64,000 bases of DNA from assembly GCF_022045235.1 (NCBI RefSeq), contig NW_027266264.1, positions 67,518,001-67,582,000 of the forward strand, read 5' to 3'. The stretch comes from Haliotis cracherodii (lineage: Eukaryota). Position 1 is the first letter of the stretch. Every line of letters starts with the position of its first letter. Made by a program: the position numbers and the translations under genes. Under the pieces are notes generated by a model. It saw only the letters and a list, made by a program, of their open reading frames with translations, did no database searches and had not been told where the DNA came from. Below are positions 1-13,048 of this stretch, piece after piece.

Positions 1-1347
1 TGCTTCTATAGAAAGCCATAACACATTATACAGTTAAATACATTGACTAATATGACATGCCAGCCAGTTGGGAAAATCATAAAAAGCATAGCTACTCTTA
101 CAGCACTGACTCATTATTGTAGCAACCGCGCGTGGATTATGGACGTTGAAACATGGGGCAATCTATAAAAAAAAAATCAAGATCAACTGAAACATTGTGT
201 GGGCAATGGTTTTACATGTTATTTCCATTGTCTGGGAATGGTTGTCACTCGTATAGTGCACGTCAAACATGTCCAGCAGGAGCCTTGTTGCATAACACTG
301 TCCGGTGGGGGTTGGGGCTTGGTGACGTCACACGCGGGACCCCATTGTTTCAAGACGCTTCTGACTTGACGATGTGCTGGAGCTTCAAGCGACAAAATCA
401 GTGCACACATTCAGCTGCTTGTTACTGAACACACGTGCTTGCAATTGCAGTCAGATTTCGCGATCTTTAGTTTCGTTTTTATCTCGTCATTTTTTACTGA
501 AAATGACAAATGAAATACTCGTCGAATTAGAAGATCGTCCACTTTCGCCAAGGTACATTTATATATGAAGTCCATGCAAATTTTGATTATTTTAAGATAG
601 CAATATTTTATGCTGAGGTCGGGCAAAGCGCGCAATGTTTCATTTTCGTACGTCAGCTGGCATTACAACACCGAATTTGTATGTTTGAATATATAAAAAA
701 ATGTTCATACCAAACACTTGAAATTAGGATTGGTAAATATTTATAAGTCGATCATTGTATCCCCCAAATTCTATAACATGACACGTTAGATTAACCCTGA
801 TATTCTCATTTCCGCAACTGACATGATGACATCGAAAATTTAAATTTTATTCTGCCTAACGTTTTGATAATAACTTTACTGAAATGGTTGATAATTTACC
901 ATTGCGTTGTTATTTTCTTTTGTCGATAAAACAATACGAATTTATAATCAGTTAAAAATAAGATATCGGTGATATGATTATTAATATCAATTTCACAAGT
1001 TTAACTATTTAGACAGGTTACTAATGTGAAACGCATCTAGCTTTCCATAACGTATTTCAGGTAACTTATTTTTTTTACACATTCTATATTCGCTTTTGTC
1101 TTAACAACAGGTATTAATGTGCAAAATATTGTTTCAAATGTCCCTTGTTTAACCGTTTGAAATCACCCACCCACTTTACAGCGCCATATGCTAAAATCAA
1201 TCCAGCAAACAGGACTAAGAAGTGTGAAAACATTTGCCCTGTCCACAAGTGTCATAGGTTCACACATTTAATTTAATCGCAAGTATGATGGGTTCATACT
1301 TTGATGTTCATGATAACAAAGTGTTTATTTTTATTATTTAAAATATT

Positions 1348-1585
1348 GGTTTGTTTGTTGTTTAGAATTAACGCCTCACTCAGCAATATCCCATCTATAT
1401 GACGGCAGTCTGTAAATAATCGAGTCTGGACCAGACAATCCATCAATATTGACATCATTAGCTTCGATCTTTGCAATTAAGATCCCATGACATGCATCAA
1501 CCAAGTCAGCGAGCCTGACCACCCGATCCTTACGGCAAACACATGGGTTGCGGAAGACCTCTTCTCTACCCGGATCATCACGGGT
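1348..1585 (-). mobile_element. Meta-domain-like SINE (family A)
   Basis: Reverse complement of the repeat at 53027-53296 (GACCCGTGA...CTGGTCCAGACTCGATTATTTACAGAC...AAACAAAC tail). Confidence 0.75.
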
Positions 1586-2018
1586 CAAAGTATTGAAAAT
1601 GCACAAAAAACACTTTTAAATGGAAGATCTAGTCGCAAAGATTATTTTTTTGACATCGGTTTCATTCCCGTCAAAGGCAATTAAACGTGTACGTGGGATC
1701 GTGGGGTCAGTCGTGTTGAACAGCGCGCACACCTGAACCCGCGTCAGGCTACAGGTTAAGGCAGCAACCATTTGTTTTGGGAGGGGTGTGGGGATATTTT
1801 CTAAAATTATAATCTAGCCCCTGTTTTAGTAAAACAAAACGTGCCCTTATCTTGCTGACGTATTGTTGAAAGGTCTGGGTGTCAAATTGTATGTTAATGT
1901 GTGTGTTGGAAAAGGTAATTTAGCTCCTAAACATTAAAAAATGCATATCTCGAACCAAAATCAAGCTTCCACTCCCCCACCCCCACCCCCACCCCCACCA
2001 CCCTCACCTTGATATCAG

Positions 2019-2099
2019 ATGGTTGCTTCACTAATGGCGGGTACGTTGGAACATATCCATGCACACCTGCATCGTCGTCGTTTATCGCTCTGGTCAATG
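2019..2099 (+). CDS. Candidate host exon (phase 1-1, 81 bp): GCFTNGGYVGTYPCTPASSSFIALVN
   Basis: CAG acceptor ending 2018, G|GTGAAT donor at 2100, length a multiple of 3, open in phase 1; joins the next exon in frame across a 75-bp intron. Confidence 0.45.
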
Positions 2100-2174
2100 G
2101 TGAATTCGCATTCTAGATCTATCATTTTCCAGTAGCGATTATGTTCTCCATCTTTCACTTGGTTTGACCTGCAG

Positions 2175-2372
2175 GTCGGATCCCAGGGACCAGAGGCATC
2201 CAAGATACCCCCAGCACTCAAGGGACCACAGACAGGGCCCAGACTCCCTCAACGTCATCGAGGATATCGTCCACGTCGTCAACATCTTTTGCCACCCCGA
2301 TGACGACCACACCAACAACAACTAGACGGACACCAGTGGCACGTCATCGATCGCGGTGCGACGCGAATGAAT
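2175..2372 (+). CDS. Candidate host exon, mucin-like Ser/Thr-rich (RIPGTRGIQDTPSTQGTTDRAQTPSTSSRISSTSSTSFATPMTTTPTTTRR...)
   Basis: Pyrimidine tract plus CTGCAG acceptor, strong T|GTGAGT donor at 2373, 198 bp, open in phase 1. Confidence 0.55.
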
Positions 2373-2489
2373 GTGAGTAAACACAGTAGTTTGTATTTAA
2401 CATTTCTGCTTCAACCCATTCAACACTTTCTACTATAGATTCTAGCTCTATAGATTTACATGCCAACTAGATCTATACATGCGGGAAGG

Positions 2490-2711
2490 GGCGGTCGGGT
2501 AGCCGAGTGTTTAAAGCATTCGCTCGTCATGCCAATGACCCGGGTTCGATTCCCGACATGGGTACAATGTGTGAAGCCCATTTATTGTGTCCCCGCCGTG
2601 ATATTGATTAAATATTGCTAAACACTTCCGCCCGTATCCCACACACACAAGTCGCTATATAAGTGCAATAATCTTGGACGTGACGTTAAACCCAATTTCA
2701 CCTCACCTCAC
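2490..2711 (+). mobile_element. tRNA-derived SINE (family C) fused to the 3' tail of a family-B SINE
   Basis: A/B boxes (GGTAGCCGAGTG..., GGTTCGATTCC) and body as at 48105; 2640-2711 matches family-B tail ending in CACCT repeats. Confidence 0.65.
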
Positions 2712-2986
2712 CTCTTCCAAATTCTGTCTATTCGTTCTTGCACAACAAGCTGTACTAGTCACCTACTGTCAATTCCATGAATTGACCACATTTCCATTTT
2801 TGAAAAAAACCCATCACACTTCTTTATCTCAAATATGAAGCTTTATTAAACAGACAGACAGACAGACAGATTTATTCAGTAATCAGGCCTCCAGCCCATA
2901 ATACATGTTGACATAATGTAGATCATACATGCTTATATACTATGGCGATATGTTAAGACCAATAGTTTTAGAATACGTTAGAACAG

Positions 2987-5900
2987 TCATGAGTTACGTA
3001 TATTCATAACTTTAGATAGAAATAGTCCAATGTGTTTTAAAGTTCTTGTGGAGTTTGTTGACATAAGGTTTAAAAACTGTTGAAATGTGGTAAAGTTGAT
3101 TTCACTTCCAGCAAAGCGTTCTCTTCTTGCAGCACGGTATCTGTCACAGATTGACAATACATGATACTCATCCTCAATTAGAGTTAAACCTTCAATGGAG
3201 TGGCAATACATGCACACACGTTCTTCATATGGGATTTTAGAATGTCTTCCAGTTTCAACTGCAAGTTTAAAGTTGTTACACCTGAACATACATATTAATC
3301 TTTTATAATAAGCAGAAATTTCACATGATAATAAGTATTTTTCTACATTAAGGAGAGATTTGTACTGTGAGTAATATTTGCATTTAGATGAGAGCGCTAT
3401 GGAGAGATGCCAGTTTTGAGAAAGTCAGTCATACAGCCTCTGTTTAAATTTTATCATCAATTATTGGCTATCACCGCATTCCTGATTTATCCAAATAAAA
3501 CCAAATCCATGTTGAAGCAGGATATTCCTGATGTGTGATGCCCATGTGGTTTTACCAGAGTCATCAAGTGACTTGAACATACATTAGGACTGATATGGTA
3601 ATCTTTGAGGCTCCATATGGATCACTCTGCACCAGTAACTCATTGCTCTGGTTATATAATGATATTGAAGCGGCACTCTCCCACATTCTCCTAGAGCCAT
3701 GTTGTTATTACTATATTTATTAAGTTTCAAATATCTTTTGCAAAATCTGTGATGCACTTGCTCAATAGTGTTACAGTAGTTAATTCCCCATACTTCAGAT
3801 CCATAGCATAAAAGTTATCATTGAGAAAAACTTCTCCAACAGGAATATATCCAAACTTTTGTTGAAATTGTTGAAGTGAGAATGAAGCTTCAGCGGCTTG
3901 AGTGGCTAGACATATCTGTGTTTTAGTCCATGAAAGTTTCGTTGTGAAGAGAGTTCCCAGATATTTATAACAACTCACTGTTTCTATTTGTTCACCTTTA
4001 AAATACCATTTCTCGCATTTTCTCAGTGGGCCACCATTCCTAAACACCATCATTTTAGTCTTACTGAGATTTATCTTCATTCCTGTTGAATAACTAAATT
4101 CTTCTAGTACATTAATTTTCTGTTGAAGTTGATTTGTCGAGTCTGAAACAGCTGACACATCATCTGCATACATCAATGCAAATATATCTTGAATATCGCT
4201 AGTTATAAAAATTCCTCTTCCACTCTTTTCCTCCAATTTTATCACAAGTTGGTTAATGAAAATCAAAAAAGATTTGAGGACTCATTATACAGCCTTGACG
4301 GGTACCAGTACTGCATTTGAAATAATCCGACAAACCAGAATCTGTCCTCACAGAAGCAGAAAGTTTGGTGTACATAGATGTAATAAATGTAAGAAGTTTC
4401 CTCTGAGCCCTACATCATGAAGATTTTGAAAAAGAACAGCATGATTTATACAGTCAAACGTTTTACTAAAATCTATGAAGATGCAGTAAAATCTCCCCCC
4501 TTTCTTCGAAAGATATTTTGTTATCATTGCTTGCAAAGTGAAAATATGGTCCGCTGTTGAATATGTAGATCTAAAGCCGGCTTGCCTTTCTGATAGCATG
4601 TTGTGACAGTCACACCAGTCTTTGAGTCTATTGTTTAACACTGCTATTAATACCTTACAAAAGGAGTCAATGAGAGATATGCCTCTACATTTTCCAGGCT
4701 CCTACACCGGTCCACTTTTATGAAGCGGACATATAATGCTCTGACCCCAAAGATCTGGGAATGTGTTAGTAAAAAACATCTGATTAAAGAGTTTTGTAAG
4801 TAGTGGAGTGATATAGTCTCTGGTTGACTTCCAGGAGTTTTATTATTTTTCAGACTTATAATGCAGTGATAATCTCCTTCTTCTGGAATAGGTTTGTTTA
4901 AGTCCAAACATAGTATATCTTTTCCAGTGTCACATTCTAATTGCAGCTCTTCATTAGGGAAAGATGAAAAATTATAAACTGTAGGATTAAGTAAGTTCTT
5001 AAAATAGTTATACCATGTGCCAGTGGTGATGTTGTTAGATGAACTACCTTTTTGTCTCTGATTCTTCAATAGCTTCCAAAATTGCTTAGGGTCTGAACAG
5101 GAAGAAGATAATAAATCTCTTTGTTTACTCAGATATATGCTCTTTTTATGTGAAAATAACTTCTTAAAATACCTTCTTTCCTTTCGATACACATTTAAAT
5201 CTTGGTCAAAGTCCCTATGATTTCTAAGTGCACGGTATTTATTTTGTTTCACACATTCCAGTTCATCATCCCACCATGGCGGTTGTTTATTCTTAATACT
5301 GACATTGATCAATGCTGAAAATTCATCATAATTTTCAAGAAAAATACTCTGAAACTTTGTTAAAAAGTCTAAATGTCTATCTTCATTCCATGTGTATTTC
5401 ATCCACTCTTGTGAGTCATCATATGTAAGATCATTTTGGCTATTGATATTGTGCTGACAGTCAGCATTCACATTTTCTTCCATATATTGAGAGTTTGTTT
5501 GGTTAAGGTTAATCTCACATGAAAGAGGAAAGTGACAGGATTCATCTCTGTCAAGTACTTTAAAGTCACTAAAATATGGAAAGAGGTCAGACGCTGCTAG
5601 CATATAGTCTACTGCACTTGCTCCATTATGGGTAAAACAGGTGAAGTTACCAACTTTATCTCCCAATAAACGCCCAATTTATGGCATGAATACCATAGGT
5701 AGCACACATTTCAGCAAGCTTTAGCCCATAGTTATTATGTCCCATGTTGTCTTTAGACTTCCTAAGCATATCAAGATTGTCTGATGGATAGTCTTCACTA
5801 TCATCATGGATAAATTCAAGTGTATCTGATGGGATGTAATCAAGAAAATCTCTCATCTTTGCATTAAAATCACCAGACAGAACTAAATGATGATTATCAT

Positions 5901-6340
5901 GAGTAGTAAAATTAGTTTCAACATAGTGTATAAGGTGATCAATACCATCCATATCCATTGTGTGACAGATAGGAGAACTCTCTGGAGAGATGTAAACCAA
6001 AAAGATGACAATGTCTTCTGGAACACCACACAGTCTTCAAAGGATTCATATATTCTTCTGATGATCTTATTTTTCACTAATGACTCTTTGACGAACACTG
6101 TCACACCACCACTATATCTCCCTAATACTTCAGCTTTGGGTCTAGCACAGCTGAAAGATGGGTAACCAGTCAAGACATTTACGAAATTGTTGGACTTTCT
6201 CACTAAAGATTCACAAAATCCTATTATGTCAAATGTCGCACAAAAAACCTTAAATTCTGAATCATCAGGAAGACTAACATATTTATACAATCCTTCAATG
6301 TTCCACGATAGGATATGGAGTGTTTTGCTTCGGCCTTCTC
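2987..6340 (-). pseudogene. LINE ORF2 (APE endonuclease - RT - C-terminal zinc finger), frameshifted
   Basis: Motifs ILSWNIEG, GRYSGGV, SGDFNA, SAVDY, ESCHFP, QAGFR, FIDFSKTFD, LMYADD, YKYLG, VETGRH..ERVC..C..IEDEYH...C across ORF fragments. Confidence 0.9.
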
Positions 6341-6479
6341 CTCAATCACGATCACTATTTAGAGTGCTCTCCCTTGGCAGAGCTGTACTTCCGGGCCCAC
6401 GAGATGTAAATAAACCAACGTGGGCATCTCCTGTCACATTTCCTTGTCTGTTGTCGTGTGATCCTTTACGTTGATTAGA

Positions 6480-7230
6480 TACAGACGTTTGTACCAGTGA
6501 TTCTGTTGTAGGCATAAACTCCTCCATCTTTTATGAGTTTCTCATGATGGATCTTCAGGTTTTTACCCTCTTTTAAAGCCTCCGAGAATCGACCACTGAG
6601 TGAACGTAGGGCGTCTCTAACTCAATTTGTAAGGTCCTCTGACACTCTCGCACCTTGGTTAAAGTTTTCATTCCCTTGTTGTTTATCTTTCACCGACTTA
6701 AGTATCTTGTTTCTGTCTCCTGTTGATACGAAGTTTGCAATTATCGGGGCGTGTCATTTGCCGTTTCGGAGTCTGTGCGCTCTTGTTATTAATATGCTAT
6801 CAGCATCAGTAATATTCAGTGTCTCCTTCATGAACTGACGCACTTTTATTTCTGAAAGATCCCAAGTCTCACCTTTTTCTTCAGCAATACCATGGATAAT
6901 CAGGTTATTTCTTCTTAATTTAGATTCAAAATCGTCGATTCTATCTTCCATAGCGAGCATATGTTCACACAATTTTGCATAATGTGCACGGAGTTCCAAG
7001 ATTGTCTTGTGATTTTCGTTTACCCGTGACGCCATGTTGTCTACCTTCTTGTTGAGACTTTCAAATCTATCATTTACCTTCTTCAAATCTGATTTTATGT
7101 CCATGAGAGTATTCATAATGTCATCGTTAGTGAATTTACTTTGAATCGGAGTCACATTATCCGCATTTGCAGCCGATAGAGTAGACTGCCAAGTTTGTAG
7201 GCCGGGGTTAGATTCCACGTCACCACTAAA
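6480..7230 (-). pseudogene. LINE ORF1 (coiled coil + RRM, L1-ORF1-like) with N-terminal 2A-like motif
   Basis: ORF 6754-7218: heptad-rich region then LRRNNLIIHGIAE...ITRAHRL; SGDVESNPG immediately upstream in frame. Confidence 0.8.
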
Positions 7231-7744
7231 GGTTCTACTACACCAAATCAGTACCAGTTTGGAGAGTGCGGTTTTCGTAGGGAGCCTTCAGTGCAGATCG
7301 AGAGATATCTGCAGGCTGTGATTGGAGGATATTCTGTAAGATTTTTATGTCTTTCAAATGTACATCCATCCAGTTATTAAAACTGACCATGTTTTTCTAT
7401 ATTTAGTACTGTCTTTTTCAACATGATGACGTATGCTGAATGTGACCACAGCTATTTTCAAGTAGGTGACATTTGGTGCGAAACTGGGGGTGGTGCGTTT
7501 AGCTTCCGGTACTCGGAAAAGGAGCTGGCTAAGCTAGTCATTTTTATTTTTTTTATTGCTGCTCTAAGGCCAAACTGTGCACACACGTACAGGTAATAGC
7601 TGTTGAATGCTTAGTTATTTTTTAAAAAATCATAACGTTACTATAGAAGTCTATGGGAAAACATTTGGTTGTGTGTAACCTAAAACTATTTTACCAACGT
7701 TTGTTGAAACCCAGTCTTGCAACAACCTTTACTCTTCCAAATTC

Positions 7745-7951
7745 GACAGCCTCCGTGGTCTAGTGGTAGAGCATCCGTTCAGCGAGTGGAAGGTCCGGGG
7801 TTCGATCCACGGCCGCGTCATACCTAAAGGCGTTAAAAGATGGTACTTGTTGTTACTGGTCGGCTCGGAGTCAGTATACTGTGTCTGAGTGGGCCGGGGT
7901 ATTCATGTTAAACTGCGGCATGGTATTTCTGTGAGCTAGCACTATAAATCG
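7745..7951 (+). mobile_element. tRNA-derived SINE (family B, RUDI/MESC-like), cut by the assembly gap
   Basis: A box TGGTCTAGTGG, B box GGTTCGATCC, body AAAGATGGTAC...GGCTCGGAGTCAGTATAC shared with 52288-52640. Confidence 0.8.
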
Positions 7952-8130
7952 NNNNNNNNNNNNNNNNNNNNNNNNNNNNNNNNNNNNNNNNNNNNNNNNN
8001 NNNNNNNNNNNNNNNNNNNNNNNNNNNNNNNNNNNNNNNNNNNNNNNNNNNNNNNNNNNNNNNNNNNNNNNNNNNNNNNNNNNNNNNNNNNNNNNNNNNN
8101 NNNNNNNNNNNNNNNNNNNNNNNNNNNNNN
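7952..8130. other. Assembly gap
   Basis: Run of N. Confidence 1.
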
Positions 8131-9379
8131 NAATACCATCACCCGTCTAGCTTTATCTCAAATATGAAACTTTATTAAACAAATATGTTTGAACCACAAA
8201 CATATATACACTCTGTAAGATGAGTACATTGCTTTACAGAAAGGAAACATGTTGGTTTGGAATACGTCTTCTTCGCACACCAGAAAACCAGTTCATCCAT
8301 TTCAAATCCAATTAACTCTCAGCAAACATGCAAGAAGACAGAAACAGTTAATTAAACATCATGAATGATGTACCATGTCAATATTGTCAACAACATTATG
8401 AAATAGTTATTTAGACACATTTAAGTTAGAAAGTGTCAAGATAAAAGTCTGTGAACTGCTCCTCTGGATTTTAGTTGGTACCATGTTAACATTATTATAG
8501 ATCTTTAACCTGTATTATCAGTCTTGGAGATAGTTAAGAAATAAAAATATTGTTTTGAAACTGAAGACACCACAAAATAAAACTTGTAGCAAATACTGAA
8601 ATCTCACCAGTTAAAAAAACGAATTGGAGTTTGTATACATGGTTAATAAAACAGAACAAACAAACTTTAACATAGGTTTGTATGTCAACATCATCAAAAG
8701 AAGAGGACTTTTAATCTGAAATGGATGTCAGATAATTAACAAAATGAAGTCATTATCATTTATTTCAATCATTTAAGCAACTTCAGGCAAATTGTAAAAA
8801 ATTAGATAGACATTGGCTTTCCTTTTCTTTTGCGGGGAAAGTCTTAATGGCATTTCTATTAAACCTAGTTTTCAAGACTAGTGTGCATAACAATAAAAAT
8901 AAATGATCCGCAAAAACGCTCCCTCTTGATGGCGGGTTAGAATTATTGTTCCCCAGAAACCTAGCTGTGATGGTCGTAAGAGGTGACTTAATTGGTTTGG
9001 TCTTCAGGCTCTGTGATTTGGTTGATTGCGTGTCAGTGTACTCTGATGGCATGGAACGTTGCTCATAATATCAATCACAGGACTGTCTTGTCCAGATTCG
9101 ATTATTTACAAACTGCTGGAATATTGCTGAGTTCGGCGATAAACAACCAACAAATCCACAAAAACATCAACAGTGGGGATCTGCTCACGATAGGTCCACA
9201 GCCACAAAACTAGATAATTTTTTATTTATGACCAGAAGCTTGATTTTTGTAAGCAGGAATATGCCTTGCAACAATGTAATATTTGTGTCATGCAAATATG
9301 TGTGTTTTGTATCAACAGCCTAAAGCATAATTTTGATTTAAAGACTTTTTGGGGACAATTATTACATTGTTTCTGTTGA

Positions 9380-10025
9380 GATTCAGTAGAAGTTCATTGC
9401 ATTTGGACAATGACTAGTTGTCTGGAATGTAGTACTACTTATAATGTCAGCAGTGATGAGAAAGTTCTTATATTAAGATGCTCCAATTATCGGTAAACTT
9501 CCGGAAAAGCATGGATGGCTGTCAAGCATTATAGAAACGTGGAATTATTTGTGATGTTCTAGTGACACTGGACTGGTCAAGCCTGGTGTGGAAAGTGCTG
9601 GGAGCTGGTGCTGTATAAGTGGAGGGGGCGTATCACTCCCGCATCTCACATTTCATCGGACGTAACATCAAAACCAGCTTTGACTGAAGATCACTGATCA
9701 GCCCGAATTCCCAGCCTTGGCCTATCTCGGAAGCTTGACCACTGTTGCGGAAAGGTGAATATTTTTGCTGAACTTTTTGCTATCACCGCTGCCATCATAT
9801 TTTGTATTTTATACTGCCATTGAATATTGTACTACCATTCTATTGTGTACTGACATTTTCATTGCTGTGCAGTAATTTGTATTGATTTGTAAACCTAGTT
9901 AATTGTATAATGCAAGTTGTTGATTTTCTACCTATTGTTGGTTTTTGTTGGTTTCACACTAAATACTTTGATGTACAGATTTCTGGGTTAACATATTGTT
10001 TCATTTTGGGTATCAACTCGTAACC
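9380..10025 (+). mobile_element. Possible solo LTR
   Basis: TATAA at ~9614, GC-richer R-like segment, donor-like site at ~9755, T-rich U5-like region ending ...CGTAAC; no second copy in window. Confidence 0.25.
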
Positions 10026-10134
10026 TGATATAATAATAAAGTATAATTATTCTTTTGTGAAATATCAGGATAATCACTTCACAAAAAGACTGAGAATCAA
10101 ATCTTCATTCAGACGCACGCACACACACTTGTCA

Positions 10135-10345
10135 ACTAGGCGACTATGCTTATCATAAGGGGTGACTGACGGGTGGTCTGACTCACTGACTTGGTTGATG
10201 CATGTCATCTATTCCCCTTTGGGTGGATAGATGCTCGGTATATCTTTCACTAGACTGTCTGGTCCAGACTTGATTATTTTCATATAGCTGTAATGTTGCT
10301 GAGTGCGACATTAAACAACAAACGAACAAACAAGCAGACAAACAC
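10135..10345 (+). mobile_element. Family-A (Meta-like) SINE, diverged
   Basis: GGCGACTATGCTT...GTCTGGTCCAGACT...AAACAACAAAC. Confidence 0.65.
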
Positions 10346-10423
10346 TCACATATATCAATTATTTCTTTATCATAACACGATGTTATTCTATTCTATTTTT
10401 CCAATGGATGTCTTTTCTCTCAG

Positions 10424-10568
10424 ATGCAGGCTGTCAATAACAGCAACAGCAGCAGCACCTACAATGGCAGCAGAACACCAGAGACTAGCTCAGAGGCAGC
10501 TACAACAGCAGCAGCTACAGCCTTACCAGGAGCTTATACAAATTTAAGACAAAGCGCAAAGGACTTCG
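10424..10568 (+). CDS. Candidate host exon, Ser/Thr/Ala-rich (MQAVNNSNSSSTYNGSRTPETSSEAATTAAATALPG...)
   Basis: tcttttctctcag acceptor and CG|GTGAGA donor; open phase 0 to phase 1; phase does not directly join the 2175-2372 exon. Confidence 0.4.
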
Positions 10569-10776
10569 GTGAGATTTTATATATTAATCGTTTGTTATTT
10601 ATTGAGATTTCATGTTAATACAGACTTCCGTCCTCAACAATTGAAGAAGTACTAGTTTGTCCAGTTCTGACTTGCATTTAGCCTTGATGCAACTACTATA
10701 GTCACTCCTAATGCGCTGTCATCAGTTCATGAAATAATCGGACAATAGTACGTTAGGCTGCTCCATTGTCACATAC

Positions 10777-11265
10777 GGGGACATGCGTGGCCCTGTCGTC
10801 CAAGGCACCACAATTCGCTGTGTAGAGTGTCTTTGGCATGCCAGAAACCTATAAACAAGTGTTTGAATCCCGGTTCTCAATGATTATGTTTCTGGCGAAA
10901 CCTCATTATCGGTGGTTTGAGAAGGGAGCTAACTCTGCTTGCCTAATTGAAGGTTTGAGGTGGGCACACATTCGAAACTAAACATACTTGTTGTAGAGAA
11001 TATGTACTACTATTTTGTCTATTTAAAATGAGTATAGTGACTTTTAATTGGATTACAATATACTACTGCGTAGAAACTAATATTCATGAGTTATCCCTTT
11101 TATGGAACAAGTTTTGCCATGCTTCTAGGTTTCTCAGTGCAATGCTTGTGGGTTTCACCCAACGAGACCTGCTTCACTTCAGGCTTTCCTCCCACACTAA
11201 GCTGACATGCCGTGATATAAGTGGAATACTGTTCAAAGCTGCGTTAACGCCAACTCACACACTCA
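10777..11265 (+). mobile_element. Family-D tRNA-derived SINE with an internal ~220-bp insertion
   Basis: Head 10777-10900 and tail 11120-11265 match intact copy 14239-14482. Confidence 0.6.
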
Positions 11266-11558
11266 TTCTCAAATACACTCTTGTCAGTTGACCTAATTGG
11301 ATATGCTAGAGAAAAATGTCTTTGGCCTGTTGAAACAAGATATAAAGTTTAATTAACTGTTGCTGTTGAAATATCGAGTGACTACCGATCTACCTACCTG
11401 TGGTTTGATGTATTTCAGTCACATGCAGCCCAGTCGACAATTTTACAGGACAAAATCCTTCGTCCCAGAATACATACAAACGCATGATCATGCATGACCA
11501 TTTTATGTCAGATATACAATTGGGTGTTTCTTGTGTTTATTTACATGATAAAGAAATA

Positions 11559-11731
11559 CAGTAAACTACGTTATAACGAACACGCTTATAACGAACTGAC
11601 GGATATAACAAAGTGCTTTTTGGTCTCATCCATTGGCTGTGTATATGCTGTATCAATGCTTATAACGAACTGCGGTTATAACAAACTAAACTTTGTGGTC
11701 CCTTTGAGTTCATTATAACCGTAGTTTACTG
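11559..11731. mobile_element. Tc1/mariner-type MITE
   Basis: TIR CAGTAAACTACG / CGTAGTTTACTG, TA on both flanks, subterminal TTATAACGAA repeats. Confidence 0.85.
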
Positions 11732-11904
11732 TACAGACTCTTCTTGTAATATCAGTGCTCTAACACTGAATGCCAGTAAATATCATTCAATCAATACTTT
11801 TACCTCTAAAATATTTTGTTGAACTTGTTCCTCACAGAACTTGTGCAACAGCAAAATAGCTTTAAAGCTTGCATGACATAGCACATCTTTCATTGTAAAT
11901 GAGG

Positions 11905-12755
11905 ACCACCTCTGTGGTCTAATGGTAGAGCATCTGCGAGATGAGCAGAAGGTCGGGTTGTCCATCCCTTGCTGCGATATACCAAAAGACGTTAAAAGAT
12001 GGTATTTGTTGTTTCCTTGGCTGGCGTTCAGCATTAAGGGGATCAGAGCTCCAGATAAGTTGCGTATCTGCATAAAATATGCATCAGAAATGCAGAAATA
12101 TGCATTAAAATAAAATCCGAGCGTATCAAATACGCAACGAACATTACAGATACACTACAAAAATAAAACTTGTTGGTATCATCAAAATATTTTGAAGTAA
12201 CCCTGCATATTCGATTAACAAATCAGCAACTTAATTTGAAATTATAAACAGGCATTCCGTCAACCTGGCCAAACTCCACGATGACAGTTACATCATGATC
12301 ATTTGCCATCACACTTTCTTGTGGAAGTAACGTGGTATTTTTGAGTCCTATAAAGCTCTCCAACCCACACAAAACCAGTTTGCAGGGACTAGATGAATAG
12401 TGTTTTTAAATATTTAACTTTAATACCCGCATGTGTAAAAACTAGTGGGTAACAGAAATTTGAATACCCAAATAGAATTAATCATACCCAATGATTTTAA
12501 AATGCATGGGTAAAATACCCACAACACCAAAAGCTTATCTGGAGCTCTGAGGGGATGAAACAAGATCGGTTCAGTCAGTGTACTGTCTTGAGTGGTGTTA
12601 AACTGGGGCATGGTTTCTCAATGAACTAGCACTGTAAAATGAGCATCAGTCCAGACTAGTACAAGCAGCCACACACACACACACGTGCATGCACGTCGCT
12701 ATATAAATGCAATAATCTTGAATGCTACGTTAAACCCCATTTCACCTCACCTCAC
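11905..12755 (+). mobile_element. Family-B SINE split by a MITE
   Basis: Head 11905-12043 and tail 12550-12755 are collinear with 52288-52640. Confidence 0.8.
12044..12549. mobile_element. Non-autonomous DNA transposon (hAT/P-like MITE)
   Basis: 16-bp TIR CAGAGCTCCAGATAAG / CTTATCTGGAGCTCTG; 7-bp TSD AGGGGAT (12037-12043, 12550-12556). Confidence 0.85.
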
Positions 12756-12934
12756 TCATTATAAATGATATTTTCATATCTACTGTTACAACAGCACGTT
12801 TAAGATTGCAACATCTAAATCTAGACTAGGATGTTGTACTGATATACTCGGACATATTCTCTCTCTCACTCTCCACAAAAGGAACAACATGGATATATTG
12901 TTAATATAGGCAGGATAGCTTCTGGCAGCTGTTT

Positions 12935-13045
12935 CGAATCAATAATATGGCGGGGGACACTGGAATATAGGCTCGAATTCACTCGTTGTACCCATGATGG
13001 GAATCAAACCCGGGTCTTTGCGTGACAAACCAACGTTTTAGCCAC
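12935..13045 (-). mobile_element. Family-C SINE whose 5' end is interrupted by the Harbinger element
   Basis: Reverse complement of the GACCCGGGTT..ATTCCC..CATGGGTACAA..TGTCCCCCGCC body. Confidence 0.65.
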
Positions 13046-13048
13046 TTA

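Larger units (their letters stand above)
2851..7520 (-). mobile_element. Near full-length decayed APE-type non-LTR retrotransposon (RTE-X/CR1-group-like LINE)
   Basis: ORF1 + APE endonuclease + RT + C-terminal Cys/His motif; AATAAA then (TCTG)n tail at 2851-2876 on minus; 5' boundary approximate. Confidence 0.9.

Noticed and set aside
153-428. 91-aa Cys-containing ORF as a host exon
   Set aside because: No convincing splice sites or motif
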